64,000 nucleotides of DNA, taken from positions 74,244-138,243 of the forward strand of contig JALOQK010000001.1 in the NCBI GenBank assembly GCA_025453395.1, read 5' to 3'. Source of the stretch: Candidatus Omnitrophota bacterium. GTDB taxonomy: Bacteria > Omnitrophota > Gorgyraeia > Gygaellales > Profunditerraquicolaceae. Shown piece after piece: positions 26,652 through 37,334 of the stretch. Position 1 is the stretch's first letter. Each line of letters begins with the position of its first letter. Under the pieces are notes generated by a model. The model made no database searches. It worked only from the letters and a program-made list of their open reading frames with translations, and was not told where the DNA came from. The position numbers and the translations under genes were made by a program.

Positions 26652-27461
26652 TTAGTAGCAAATTACCATGTTTAAAATATTGCCATAAAAAAATAGCGAC
26701 GCCAAAGCCGCCAATGCCAAAAATGGCCCATAAGGCAGAGTGTGGTCTTTTTTCACGATCATATTTACTACCCCAAAGATGATCCCGGCAAAGGGAGCCA
26801 AGAAAAATGTCATAAGCGCTCTTTCCCAGCCTAAGAAAGCTCCGATCATCGCCAAGAGCTTTACGTCTCCTCCGCCCATGGATTCAGTTTCTCCATTAAT
26901 CGCGGGTTTTTTAAGCAATTTAAAATAGATAAGATCAAATATCCAACCGGTCAAATAAATTACTCCCCCGCCAATAATAATCCCCGAAAGCGAGTAAACT
27001 GCTGGATGCCAATTCCACGAGAAAGGTTTTAAGCTTAAGCCTCTTATAATGTTAAAAACAAGCCCCAAGACTATCCCTCCGATGGAGATTTCATCCGGAA
27101 TAATCCTGTGTTTGATATCCACGAATGTGCCCACAATTAACCCGCAGATAAAGGTAAGATAATAAAAGAAACTGAAACTTAAACCATAAAGGTTAAAACA
27201 TAAAAGAAACACAAGCGCGGTTAAAAGCTCAACCAGTATATAGCGCGGGGAAATCGGCTTCTTGCAATAACGGCACTTCCCCAACAAAAATATATAACTT
27301 ATAAAAGGAATATTATCATACCAAGAAAGCGGTTTTTTGCAGGAAGGGCAATGCGAAGCCGGAAAAACTACCGATTCTTCCAAGGGCATCCTATGGATGC
27401 AGACGTTTAAGAAACTGCCCACAATCGAGCCAAAAAGAAAAACAAATATCTTTTCTAACAT
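26652..27461 (-). CDS. pilD: prepilin peptidase
   Basis: GSFLNVCIHR, CPSC/CRYC, MGGGDVKL, PYGPFL. Confidence 0.93.
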   Translation of the reverse strand: MLEKIFVFLFGSIVGSFLNVCIHRMPLEESVVFPASHCPSCKKPLSWYDNIPFISYIFLLGKCRYCKKPISPRYILVELLTALVFLLCFNLYGLSFSFFYYLTFICGLIVGTFVDIKHRIIPDEISIGGIVLGLVFNIIRGLSLKPFSWNWHPAVYSLSGIIIGGGVIYLTGWIFDLIYFKLLKKPAINGETESMGGGDVKLLAMIGAFLGWERALMTFFLAPFAGIIFGVVNMIVKKDHTLPYGPFLALAALASLFFYGNILNMVICY

Positions 27462-27463
27462 TT

Positions 27464-28303
27464 TTAACCTTTCGCTATAGCGTTATTTAAAGCATCGCGC
27501 ATTACATCAATGGGGGCGATTTTGCCGGTAAATATCTCAAAGGACTTTGCCCCCTGATAAAGAAGCATGCCTAAACCATTTAAAGCGGCAGCTTTTTTCT
27601 TGCGCGCCAATTCTAAAAGTTTGGTTTGGGCTGGATTATAAATTAGATCATAGACGTATAATTCCGGATAGATCATCTCCAAAGCAACCAAGCAGGGATC
27701 ATCTTGTTTCATCCCTACGGGGGTGGCATTGACCAAAAGCTGCGCCTGTTTTATATTCAATTCTTCTACCGAAGAAGCGCAGGAAAATTTAATCTTGGGA
27801 AATTTGTTTCTTAGCCGCGATAGAAGTGTTTCGCATCTGGAAGAATCAAGATCATACACAGCTAAGCTTTGGATCCCGGCAAAAGCCAAATACGCGCTAA
27901 CTGCCTTGGCTGCCCCTCCGCAGCCCAGCATGGCTACTTTCTTATTACGCGGGTCAAACCTCATGTCACTTGTCAAATGCCTGATAAACCCTTCGCCATC
28001 AGTATTAAAACCTGTGAGTTTACCGGCTTCGGCCTTAATAGTATTAACCGCGCCGATAAATTCTGCTTCCGGAGAAAGACTTGTCAAATAGGCAATGACT
28101 TTTTCTTTATAAGGGACAGTAATATTTAGGCCGTGGATATTATTGTCCGCTAAAGTTTTAATAAAATTATCTAATTCTTCGGGATTTTTCTCAAAAAGCT
28201 TATATTCAGCGTCAATTTGCAACTTCTGGAAGGCGGCGTTGTGCATTGCCGGAGAAAAACTGTGTTTGACAGGAAAACCCAAAACCCCGTAGATTTTAGG
28301 CAT
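27464..28303 (-). CDS. aroE: shikimate dehydrogenase
   Basis: HSFSPAMHN, NITVPYK, GAVNT, NTDG, NATPVGM. Confidence 0.95.
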   Translation of the reverse strand: MPKIYGVLGFPVKHSFSPAMHNAAFQKLQIDAEYKLFEKNPEELDNFIKTLADNNIHGLNITVPYKEKVIAYLTSLSPEAEFIGAVNTIKAEAGKLTGFNTDGEGFIRHLTSDMRFDPRNKKVAMLGCGGAAKAVSAYLAFAGIQSLAVYDLDSSRCETLLSRLRNKFPKIKFSCASSVEELNIKQAQLLVNATPVGMKQDDPCLVALEMIYPELYVYDLIYNPAQTKLLELARKKKAAALNGLGMLLYQGAKSFEIFTGKIAPIDVMRDALNNAIAKG

Positions 28304-28310
28304 AAATATT

Positions 28311-29816
28311 TTATAGACTCTCGATTTTATTCAATGCGTTGATATATGCCCTTACTGAAGATTCAATAATATCCGTACTTGCCCCTCTGGAAGTAACTAC
28401 CCTGCCCTTGGCTTTTAGTTTCAAGCTTACTTCGCCAAGCGCGTCTTTTCCTTGAGTGACCGCTTCAATGCGGTAATCCTGAAGTTCACCTTTAATGCCA
28501 GTAGCTTTATCAATGGCCTTAAAGCAGGCATCTACCGGGCCATCTCCTGTGGAAGAAGCGCTTAATTTTTTATTTTTGTAGATCATTGTTACTTCGGCTT
28601 TGGGCGCGATCTTGGTGCCGGAATGAATTTGAAAACCAACAAGCTTCCATACCGGCTTTATGGACTTTATTTCATCTTCCACAAGAGAAACCAAATCATC
28701 ATCAAAGATATTTTTCTTTTTATCGGCTAATTCCTTGAAGCGAAAGTTTACTTTCTCCAACTGCTCTTGGCTTAGAGACACCCCCAGGTCTTTCAGGCGC
28801 TCTGCCAAGGCATGCCTTCCGGAATGTTTGCCCAAAACTATTCCTGTTCCGGTAAACCCCACATCCTCAGGCAAAATAATTTCATAGGTAGAGCGCTCTT
28901 TCAATACCCCGTCTTGATGAATACCGGATTCATGGCGAAAGGCATTTCCTCCCACAATTGCTTTATTCGGAGCAACTACAAATCCTGTAAGTTTACTCAC
29001 CAATCGCGATACTCTATATATCTGATTACAGGCGATATTAGTTTTAACATCCTTAAATATATCCTGGCGGGTTTTGATATTCATTACGATCTCTTCCATA
29101 GAAGCATTGCCCGCGCGCTCGCCAATACCGTTTATAGTGCACTCAACCTGGCGCGCTCCGCTTTTAATTGCTTCCAGGGAATTTGCTACCGCCATACCCA
29201 GATCGTTATGGCAGTGCGTTGAGATAATCGCCTTATTAATATTCGGGACATTGTTCTTGATACTGCGGATCAAATCACCGTATTCTTCAGGCTGGGTGTA
29301 ACCTACGGTATCCGGGATATTTACCGTTGTTGCTCCGGCATTGATTACCGCTTCCAATACCTTAAAGATAAATGCGCGCTCGCTTCTTGAGGCGTCTTCC
29401 GGAGAAAATTCCACATCCGGGCAAAACTTCTTAGCGTATTTTACGCTTTCTACTGCCAAGCGCAAAATCTGATCTTCGGCTTTCTTCAATTTATACTGCA
29501 TGTGGATCTTGGAAGTCGCCAAAAATACATGGATTCGCCCGCGTTTAGCCGGCTTGATCCCGCAAGCGGCCGCGTCAATATCAGCTTTTATTGCCCGCGC
29601 CAAAGCGCAGACAACCGGCCCCTTAATCTCTTTGGCAATTTTTTTAACAGACTGCAAATCTCCGGGGCTGGAGATAGGGAAACCGGCCTCAATAACATCA
29701 ACGCCCATACTGGCTAAAGCATGGGCGATTTCCATCTTTTCAGCAGGGTTAAGGCTTGCCCCCGGCGCCTGCTCCCCGTCGCGAAGTGTAGTATCAAATA
29801 TAATTAGGTTATCCAT
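28311..29816 (-). CDS. leuA: 2-isopropylmalate synthase
   Basis: FDTTLRDGEQ, HCHNDLG, HESGIHQDG; start set at MDNLII. Confidence 0.95.
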   Translation of the reverse strand: MDNLIIFDTTLRDGEQAPGASLNPAEKMEIAHALASMGVDVIEAGFPISSPGDLQSVKKIAKEIKGPVVCALARAIKADIDAAACGIKPAKRGRIHVFLATSKIHMQYKLKKAEDQILRLAVESVKYAKKFCPDVEFSPEDASRSERAFIFKVLEAVINAGATTVNIPDTVGYTQPEEYGDLIRSIKNNVPNINKAIISTHCHNDLGMAVANSLEAIKSGARQVECTINGIGERAGNASMEEIVMNIKTRQDIFKDVKTNIACNQIYRVSRLVSKLTGFVVAPNKAIVGGNAFRHESGIHQDGVLKERSTYEIILPEDVGFTGTGIVLGKHSGRHALAERLKDLGVSLSQEQLEKVNFRFKELADKKKNIFDDDLVSLVEDEIKSIKPVWKLVGFQIHSGTKIAPKAEVTMIYKNKKLSASSTGDGPVDACFKAIDKATGIKGELQDYRIEAVTQGKDALGEVSLKLKAKGRVVTSRGASTDIIESSVRAYINALNKIESL

Positions 29817-29820
29817 AATA

Positions 29821-29912
29821 TTTAACTTAAAATTTAAAGCGTAAAGCGTAAAACCATAATTCAAAATTCAAAGTTTTTAGTTTTACGTTTTTCGCTTTAC
29901 GTTTTACGCTTT
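29821..29912. mobile_element. family A element between ilvC and leuA
   Basis: AAAGCGTAAAGCGTAAAACCATAATTCAAAATT..ACGCTTT; includes ilvC stop. Confidence 0.75.
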
Positions 29913-30899
29913 CTTCATCCAGGGCATCATCTCACGCAGCTGCTTACCCACCTTCTCTATCAAGTGATTATCCCCTGCGGCAATAAGCTTATTGAAATTG
30001 GGGCGGCCTTGTTCATTTTCCTTGATCCATTCCTTGGCAAATTCCCCAGACTGGATTTCTTTTAATATTTTTTCCATTTCCTTGCGCGTTTCTTTGGTAA
30101 TAACTCTTGTGCCGCGGGTTAAATCTCCGTAACAGGCGGTATTAGAAACGCCACGGCGCATCCCGGAAATCCCTCTTTCCTGAATTAAGTCCGTAATAAG
30201 TTTTAACTCATGCAATACTTCAAAATAAGCGATTTCCGGTTGATAGCCTGCGGCAACCAAAGTATCAAACCCGGCCATGATCAATTCGCTTGCCCCGCCG
30301 CATAAAACCGCTTGCTCTCCAAATAGGTCAGTTTCTGTTTCTTCTTTGAAATCCGTCTGGATAACCCCTGCTTTTGTGGCCTTAAGCGCCTTGGCATAGG
30401 CTAAAGCCAGGTCAAGCGCCTTGCCGGTTGCGTTCTGATAAACTGCTACCAACGACGGCACCCCCTTGTCCTCTTCATACATTTTTCTTACCAAAGCTCC
30501 CGGGCCTTTGGGAGCAACCATAAAGACATCCACATCCTTAGGCGGGACTATTTGTTTAAAATGAATATTAAACCCGTGCGAAAAACAAAGCGCCTTGCCG
30601 GCTTTTAAATTCGGCTCAATAGATTCTTTGTAAACTTTTGCCTGCACGTGGTCTTGGGTTAATATCTGGATAATATCCGCCTGCTTGGCTGCTTCCGCGG
30701 CACTTACCGGATCAAACCCATCTTTTTTGGCTTGCTCGTAGTTAGGCGTGCCGGAGGTTTCTGACACAACCACGCTTACCCCTGAATCACGCAAACACAA
30801 AGACTGTCCTCTTCCCTGTATGCCATATCCGATAATCGCGACTTTTTTATTTTTTAATAAATCCAAATTTGCGTCTTTCTCGTAATAAACCTTAATCAT
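29904..30899 (-). CDS. ilvC: ketol-acid reductoisomerase
   Basis: [26 protein letters not shown]. Confidence 0.96.
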   Translation of the reverse strand: MIKVYYEKDANLDLLKNKKVAIIGYGIQGRGQSLCLRDSGVSVVVSETSGTPNYEQAKKDGFDPVSAAEAAKQADIIQILTQDHVQAKVYKESIEPNLKAGKALCFSHGFNIHFKQIVPPKDVDVFMVAPKGPGALVRKMYEEDKGVPSLVAVYQNATGKALDLALAYAKALKATKAGVIQTDFKEETETDLFGEQAVLCGGASELIMAGFDTLVAAGYQPEIAYFEVLHELKLITDLIQERGISGMRRGVSNTACYGDLTRGTRVITKETRKEMEKILKEIQSGEFAKEWIKENEQGRPNFNKLIAAGDNHLIEKVGKQLREMMPWMKKA

Positions 30900-31383
30900 C
30901 TTGCGTGTCTCCTTTCGCCATAGCGATTTTTCCGGTGCGAATCAATTCCACGACGGTAAATCTTCTTAATTCCTCCAGAAGCTTTTTTATATTGTCCTGT
31001 TCCCCTACCGCTTCAATAATAGCGGTTTTGTTCTTTGAAAAAACTATCTTTGCCACGTAGCTGTTGACAATATTATCTAATTTTGCCTTATCTTTAAGGC
31101 TATGATTTACCTTAGCTAAAATAAGCTCTCTTTCCACGTGCTCCCTTTTGGTAAAATCAGTGATGGAAATAACATCAATGAGTTTATTCAGCTGTTTTTT
31201 AATCTGCTCAAGTATCTTCTCGTCTTTGGCATCCACGACAATAGTCATGCATGAAATCTCCGGATCCAAGGTCTCGGAAACAGCCAAAGATGAAATATTA
31301 TAACCTCTGGCGCTGAATAATCCGGAAATCCGCGCCAAGACCCCAAATTTATTTTCCACTGATACCGTAATCGTATGCCTCAT
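30892..31383 (-). CDS. ilvN: acetolactate synthase small subunit
   Basis: [31 protein letters not shown]. Confidence 0.93.
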   Translation of the reverse strand: MRHTITVSVENKFGVLARISGLFSARGYNISSLAVSETLDPEISCMTIVVDAKDEKILEQIKKQLNKLIDVISITDFTKREHVERELILAKVNHSLKDKAKLDNIVNSYVAKIVFSKNKTAIIEAVGEQDNIKKLLEELRRFTVVELIRTGKIAMAKGDTQDD

Positions 31384-33044
31384 GCTAAACCCTCAATCAT
31401 TCTATTTAATGCTTCTCCTGCCGGCACCATAGGAAACACATTCTCTTCCGGCTCAATACGAAAATCTATCAAGACGGTATTTTCTGTATTAATCGCCTTT
31501 TCGATTGCGGCTGTTACATCTTTTTTCTCGGTGACCCTTATCCCCAGCGCGCCATAACTATCGGCCAATTTCACAAAGTCAGGGCTGGTGATGCCCACAT
31601 GCGAATAGCGCCTTTTATAAAAAAGTTCCTGCCATTGCCTGACCATACCTAAATAACCGTTATTAAGGATAGCGACTTTCACGTGGATCTTATTGGCCAC
31701 GCAAGTTGCCAATTCCTGTATATTCATCTGAATAGACCCATCCCCTGCCACATCAAAAACTTCTCTGTCCGGGAAAGCTACTTTTGCTCCCATGGCTGCT
31801 GGAAGCCCGAATCCCATTGTCCCCAAGCCTCCGGAAGAAATAAAGGTGCGCGGATTATTATATTTATACCACTGCGCCGCCCACATTTGATTCTGCCCGA
31901 CTTCAGTAGTAATAATCGCCTCGCCCTTAGTAATCTTATCAATCTGCTCTATAACATATTGCGGCTTGATTTTGCCTTCATCCTTATATATTAAGGGATG
32001 TTTTTTCTTATAGGTGTCCACTATTTTCAACCACTCTTTTGTATCGGGGGCTTTCTTGATTTCTTCAAGAAGCGCTCCTAAAATATTCTTGGCATCTCCC
32101 ACAATCGGGATGTGCACTGCCACGTTCTTGCTTATTGAAGAAGGGTCAATATCAATATGCACGATTTTAGCGTTGGGCGCAAAGGCATCGAGCCTGCCGG
32201 TCACCCGGTCATCAAAACGGGCTCCCACCGCGATAATCACATCCGCTTCCATGATCGCGTGATTGGCGTAAGCTGTGCCATGCATCCCCAACATCCCTAA
32301 AGATAATTCGTGATCCGACGGAAAAGCCCCGATACCCATCAGCGTCCAAGTTACAGGGGCCTGGATCTTATTGGCAAACCTAAGAAGCACTTCACTGGAA
32401 GCGCTTGTAATGACCCCGCCGCCTATATAAAGAAGCGGCTTCCTGGCTTCGGAAATTATTTTAGCTGCTTTTTTGATCTGGCCCGGATGCCCAAAATAGG
32501 TCGGCTTGTAACTTCTTATCTGTACCTCTTGCGGAAAGATAAATTCCGTATCCTGCATCTGCACATCAGAGGGGATATCAATTAACACCGGGCCCGGACG
32601 GCCAGTTGAGGCCACATAAAAAGCCTCGCGCACAATGCGCGCTAGATCTTTAACATCTTTAACTAAATAATTATGCTTGGTGATCGGACGGGTAATACCG
32701 GTAACATCCGCTTCCTGGAAGGCGTCGTTTCCGATCAGGAAACTTTTTACCTGCCCTGTGATCGCCACCATGGGAATTGAATCCATATAAGCTGTGGCAA
32801 TTCCTGTGGTCAGATTAGTCGCTCCCGGTCCGGAGGTAGCCAAGCACACCCCCACTTTCCCAGTAGCGCGGGAATACCCGTCGGCAGCGTGAGCAGCTGC
32901 CTGTTCATGACGCACTAAAATAAGCTTTAAATCCGAATCATAAAGCTTGTCAAAAATAGGCAAAACCTGCCCCCCGGGGTAGCCAAACAGCACCTCTACC
33001 CCTTCACGTTTTAAAGATTCAATAAGTATTTGAGCACCCGTCAT
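31380..33044 (-). CDS. ilvB: acetolactate synthase large subunit
   Basis: FGYPGG, RHEQ, TSGPGATN, GDGSIQM. Confidence 0.95.
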   Translation of the reverse strand: MTGAQILIESLKREGVEVLFGYPGGQVLPIFDKLYDSDLKLILVRHEQAAAHAADGYSRATGKVGVCLATSGPGATNLTTGIATAYMDSIPMVAITGQVKSFLIGNDAFQEADVTGITRPITKHNYLVKDVKDLARIVREAFYVASTGRPGPVLIDIPSDVQMQDTEFIFPQEVQIRSYKPTYFGHPGQIKKAAKIISEARKPLLYIGGGVITSASSEVLLRFANKIQAPVTWTLMGIGAFPSDHELSLGMLGMHGTAYANHAIMEADVIIAVGARFDDRVTGRLDAFAPNAKIVHIDIDPSSISKNVAVHIPIVGDAKNILGALLEEIKKAPDTKEWLKIVDTYKKKHPLIYKDEGKIKPQYVIEQIDKITKGEAIITTEVGQNQMWAAQWYKYNNPRTFISSGGLGTMGFGLPAAMGAKVAFPDREVFDVAGDGSIQMNIQELATCVANKIHVKVAILNNGYLGMVRQWQELFYKRRYSHVGITSPDFVKLADSYGALGIRVTEKKDVTAAIEKAINTENTVLIDFRIEPEENVFPMVPAGEALNRMIEGLA

Positions 33045-33053
33045 AATCCACCT

Positions 33054-33219
33054 CTAATCAATAACCAAACACCAAATTACAATAACCAAATAATCATCAA
33101 ACACCAATTACCAATACCCAAACCTGTTTGGTCCATTGGTTATTGATTATTGGATATTGTTTGATATTTGCCTGCCTGCCGGTAGGCAGGAAATTTGGTT
33201 ATTGATTATTAACATTTAG
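33054..33219. mobile_element. family B heptamer-armed palindrome with 20-bp palindrome inserted at 33171-33190
   Basis: (AATAACC/AACACC)n left arm, (GGTTATT)n right arm; CCTGCCTGCCGGTAGGCAGG. Confidence 0.75.
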
Positions 33220-34872
33220 TTATTGTAATATTGCTCCTTTATCCGCGGAACTGACCAACCTAGAATACCTTGATAAATATCCGGTCTTGATTTTTGGTTC
33301 TAGAATCTTAAGCTTCTTTAATCTCTTATCTATTTCCTTATTTGTCAGGCGGACATTGATACGCCTTGCGGCAATATCAATATCAATTATATCGCCATTT
33401 TTCAAAATTGCAATGGGCCCGCCCTTGGCGGCTTCCGGAGAAACGTGGCCTATGCAAGGGCCTTTGGTGCCTCCGGAGAATCTTCCGTCGGTAATAAGCG
33501 CCACTGAATCCGACAGCCCTAATCCCACAATCGCTGATGTAGGGGCTAACATCTCGCGCATGCCCGGGCCGCCTGATGGGCCCTCATAGCGGATAACAAC
33601 CACATCAGCGGATTTTATTTTATTAGCAAGAATCGCTTCCATCGCGTATTCTTCGCGCTCAAACACCCGCGCGCGGCCTGTGAACTTCATCATTTTAGGG
33701 CTTACCGCGGCCTGCTTGACCACTGAGCCGTCAGGAGCTAAATTGCCGAATAAAACCGCCAAGCCGCCTTCTTTATGATAAGCTCTGTCCAGCGGGCGGA
33801 TAACATCTTCATTAGAAATACAGGCCTGATCGGCAATATCATGAATTTTTCTTCCGCTTACAGTAGTAAGATTATGTAATTTGCTTTTTAGCCGTTTCAT
33901 TACTGCCGGGATTCCTCCGGCAAATTCCAGATCCTCCATATAATGCTCTCCGGCGGGCTCAAGCAAAGTAATATGCGGTACAGTCTTTCCAATCTTATCA
34001 AAAGTCTTTAAGTCCAATTTTATCCCTGCTTCATGGGCAATGGCCATAAGATGCAAAATAGTATTACTCGAACCGCCCAAAGCCATATCGACGACAATGG
34101 CGTTCTCAAGAGAATCTTTAGTAATAATGTCCCGCGGCTTGATATCTTTCTTGACTAATTCCACGATCCGCTCTCCGCTTGCCTGGGCGATCCTTCTTTT
34201 TTTGGCAGAAACCGCTAAAGCGGTCCCGCAGCCCGGAAGAGACATCCCTAAAGTTTCAGTTAAGCATGCCATAGTATTGGCGGTATATAACCCTTGGCAG
34301 GAACCAGCTCCGGGGCAAGCCTCTTCTTCCAAACATGCTAATTCGCGGCTTAAGATCCGGCCGTTCTTGGCTTTGGCTATTGCCTCATAAGTATCATGCA
34401 CAAAAGCTAACTTTTTCTGATTTAATCTTCCAGAAAGCATGGGGCCCGCGGTAACAATAATCGCCGGGATATTCAAGCGCGATACCCCCATAATCATTCC
34501 GGGAGTGATTTTATCGCAATTAGTCAAACAGACAATTCCGTCTAACTGATGCGCGTTACAAACAGTTTCAATTGTGTCCGCGATGATCTCACGCGATGCC
34601 AAAGGATAACACATCCCCAAATGCCCCATGGCAATTCCGTCGCAAATTCCGGGAACACCGAAGAAGAATGGGACCGCCCCGGCGTAACAAACCCCTCTTT
34701 CAATATAGCGTTCTAAATCGCGCATGCCCACGTGCCCCGGGATAAGGTCAGTAAAAGAAGTAGCCACCCCTATAAAGGGTTTATCAAAATCCCTTCTAGA
34801 TAAACCTGTCGCGTGTAATAGCGCGCGATGCGGTATCCTCTCAATGCCTTTCTTAATCTTATCCGACCTCAT
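33220..34872 (-). CDS. ilvD: dihydroxy-acid dehydratase
   Basis: [30 protein letters not shown]. Confidence 0.96.
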   Translation of the reverse strand: MRSDKIKKGIERIPHRALLHATGLSRRDFDKPFIGVATSFTDLIPGHVGMRDLERYIERGVCYAGAVPFFFGVPGICDGIAMGHLGMCYPLASREIIADTIETVCNAHQLDGIVCLTNCDKITPGMIMGVSRLNIPAIIVTAGPMLSGRLNQKKLAFVHDTYEAIAKAKNGRILSRELACLEEEACPGAGSCQGLYTANTMACLTETLGMSLPGCGTALAVSAKKRRIAQASGERIVELVKKDIKPRDIITKDSLENAIVVDMALGGSSNTILHLMAIAHEAGIKLDLKTFDKIGKTVPHITLLEPAGEHYMEDLEFAGGIPAVMKRLKSKLHNLTTVSGRKIHDIADQACISNEDVIRPLDRAYHKEGGLAVLFGNLAPDGSVVKQAAVSPKMMKFTGRARVFEREEYAMEAILANKIKSADVVVIRYEGPSGGPGMREMLAPTSAIVGLGLSDSVALITDGRFSGGTKGPCIGHVSPEAAKGGPIAILKNGDIIDIDIAARRINVRLTNKEIDKRLKKLKILEPKIKTGYLSRYSRLVSSADKGAILQ

Positions 34873-34892
34873 ATTTTACCTCCAAGTCACAA

Positions 34893-35025
34893 GTTAGCGT
34901 AAAGCGTAAAACGAAAAGTGTAAGACTATAATTTAAAATTCAAAAATTTTAAATTTTGCGCTATAGTTTTACATTTTACGCTTTTCGCTTCTGTTTTTCG
35001 CTTTTCGCTTTTCGCTTTTCGCTTT
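34893..35025. mobile_element. family A element between fba and ilvD
   Basis: GTTAGCGTAAAGCGT..CTATAATTTAAAATT / AATTTTGCGCTATAG..(TTTTCGC)n. Confidence 0.75.
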
Positions 35026-36351
35026 CTAGTCCGCGCCTTCTCCATCATGCACCACCTGCGAATCTTCTTTGGCTTTGCGCACAATGACCCTTTTTAAGGT
35101 TATATATTTATCTACCTCGGGCTTGGTATTTCCCACATTAAGCTGTTTGAATAAAAATTCAAATTTGGCTTCAATGTCGGAAGTGATCTTATCGCGGGTT
35201 TCTTTTGGTAGCCCCATAATCTGCTTCTTAAACGGCCCCAGGGCTTTTTTACGCGCCTTATAGAAAAACTGATCATCGCTTTCGCCTTCTTTTCTTTCGT
35301 TGGCGGCATTTACCTTAAGCCATTCGTAAATCTTATTCTTCAATTCCATGGGAAAATGCGCGCTGTCAAACATCATGTTCTGAAAACCGGTGGCCAAATG
35401 CACTTCGGCTGTTGTAACTTCAGGGAATTTATGGAATGCTTCGTCAGGAAGAGTAGATGCCCCGTGCTGCACCGCTCCTGCTAATCCATAATCCTTGCGC
35501 GCGATCTCAGAAATAACTCTTAATGCTTCAAAATCAAGCTTTACTTCCGCTACTCTTCCGTCGGGAAGCACTACCCCTCCGTGAGAAGTCCCGGTTTGGA
35601 TGCTTATCTTGCTAATCCCGGCTCTTCCTTTTCTTAGGCGCTGGGTGAACCCCTGCATAAAAGCGTGAAAATCTTCAGGAGTAGAATTCTTATGCCCCAC
35701 CTCTCCAATCTCTCCGCCCACAGAAACCTCAACCCCTCTGGGTTGTATTTGACGAATAAATTGGGTCAATTTCGCGCAAACTTCATAATTATTAAATTGC
35801 TGCTTCTTCAGGTCCTCTTTGGACAGATCCACCAATGTAGAGGAATCTATATCTATATTGTAAAACCCTGCGTCAATGGCATCCTGAATAAGCGCCTTTA
35901 AGGCGTCTAATTCCTTATCCGGGTTTTCCTGGAATTTCTTTAAATTTACCTGGGTGTGGTCAGCCTGAATAAACACCGGGCCGGTGTAATCTTCTTTTAC
36001 CGCCGCAGCTAAAATTACCGCCGAGAATTCCGCGGGTATCTGATTGGTATAGCCCATTTCAGATTTGGCAATCTCAAAAATAAACGCCCCGGCGTTATTT
36101 CTCTTGGCAACTCTGAATAACGCGCGCGCCAGATCATAGGTCATACTGCGCAAATTTATCGCCGGGACAGTAAAACCTTTGACTTCGCCTTTACCCATAG
36201 CCATATATAACTCATGGATACTTGAAGGATACACTCCTTTTTTATAGGCGATATCCACTATTTTCTTAGCTAAAATCTTTTTCACTGTCACATCGTCATT
36301 CATAATTAAGTCCATGGCGATGTTTTCAATATCAAGCGGCCTTCTTCCCAT
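35026..36351 (-). CDS. class II fructose-bisphosphate aldolase family protein (long form)
   Basis: VPAIN, QADH, GGEIGEVG, GTSHGG, VQHGAS; downstream of pfkA. Confidence 0.8.
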   Translation of the reverse strand: MGRRPLDIENIAMDLIMNDDVTVKKILAKKIVDIAYKKGVYPSSIHELYMAMGKGEVKGFTVPAINLRSMTYDLARALFRVAKRNNAGAFIFEIAKSEMGYTNQIPAEFSAVILAAAVKEDYTGPVFIQADHTQVNLKKFQENPDKELDALKALIQDAIDAGFYNIDIDSSTLVDLSKEDLKKQQFNNYEVCAKLTQFIRQIQPRGVEVSVGGEIGEVGHKNSTPEDFHAFMQGFTQRLRKGRAGISKISIQTGTSHGGVVLPDGRVAEVKLDFEALRVISEIARKDYGLAGAVQHGASTLPDEAFHKFPEVTTAEVHLATGFQNMMFDSAHFPMELKNKIYEWLKVNAANERKEGESDDQFFYKARKKALGPFKKQIMGLPKETRDKITSDIEAKFEFLFKQLNVGNTKPEVDKYITLKRVIVRKAKEDSQVVHDGEGAD

Positions 36352-36368
36352 TAGGTGTTTCCTCCTTA

Positions 36369-37328
36369 TTAACTTACGGTCTTAAGTAACCGGTATAACT
36401 TCTCTACATCCCATTCTTTTTTCTTAACTGCATCTTCAAAATCAATAGTAATAAGTTCTCCGTACCTTAAACCTACAGCGATATCTGCTTCTCCAGACAA
36501 AAGTGATTCTACGGCCAACTGCCCCAGATTAAGCGCCAAAGTCCGACTAAAAGCTGTAGGCTTACCCCCACGCTGGACATGCCCCAAAACTACCGAACGG
36601 GTTTCAAGGCTTGTTCTTTCTCTAATATTGCGCGCTACCTCTTCTGCCTTAGCTGCTCCCTCAGCAAGAACAATGATCCAACTTATCTTGCCACGGATAT
36701 TGCCACCCACGATACTATGGCAAAGATCCGAAAAATCACATTTTTTCTCTGGGATAATCACGTCTTCGCATCCCCCGGCTAAAGCTACCTGAAGCGCCAT
36801 ATAACCGCATTCCCTTCCCATAACCTCAATCACAAAAATCCTCTCCATGGAAGTGGCGGTATCACGCACCTTATCAATGGCGTCAAGCGCGGTATTAATG
36901 GCGGTGTCTGACCCAATAGTAACATCTATGCCATTAACATCATTATCTATGGAAGCAGGTATCCCCACGCAAGGAAATTGATATTGCAGGTAAAATTCAT
37001 GCGCGGCCGAAAAACTGCCGTTGCCGCCGATAACGATCATCCCCTCAATATTATTTCTCTTTAAAGTTTCAAGGGCCTGTTTCTTGCCGTCCTCGGTTTT
37101 AAACTCCGGGCAACGCGCGGTTTTTAAGATTGTCCCGCCCTGATTAATAATACCTGACACGGAACGGTGATTAAGCGGCTTTATATCTTCGTCAATAAGT
37201 CCTTGGTATCCGCGATACACGCCCATGACTTCAACTTTTCTGGCTAATGCCGAGCGCACCACCGCTCTTACAGCCGCGTTCATCCCCGGAGCGTCTCCTC
37301 CAGTAGTCAAAACCGCAATACGCTTCAT
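36369..37328 (-). CDS. pfkA: 6-phosphofructokinase
   Basis: TGGDAPGMNA, SIDND, EVMGR, LGHVQRGG. Confidence 0.95.
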   Translation of the reverse strand: MKRIAVLTTGGDAPGMNAAVRAVVRSALARKVEVMGVYRGYQGLIDEDIKPLNHRSVSGIINQGGTILKTARCPEFKTEDGKKQALETLKRNNIEGMIVIGGNGSFSAAHEFYLQYQFPCVGIPASIDNDVNGIDVTIGSDTAINTALDAIDKVRDTATSMERIFVIEVMGRECGYMALQVALAGGCEDVIIPEKKCDFSDLCHSIVGGNIRGKISWIIVLAEGAAKAEEVARNIRERTSLETRSVVLGHVQRGGKPTAFSRTLALNLGQLAVESLLSGEADIAVGLRYGELITIDFEDAVKKKEWDVEKLYRLLKTVS

Positions 37329-37334
37329 AAACTC

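Noticed and set aside
29817-29864. N-terminal extension of LeuA
   Set aside because: It is translation of the family A repeat; the real start is MDNLII
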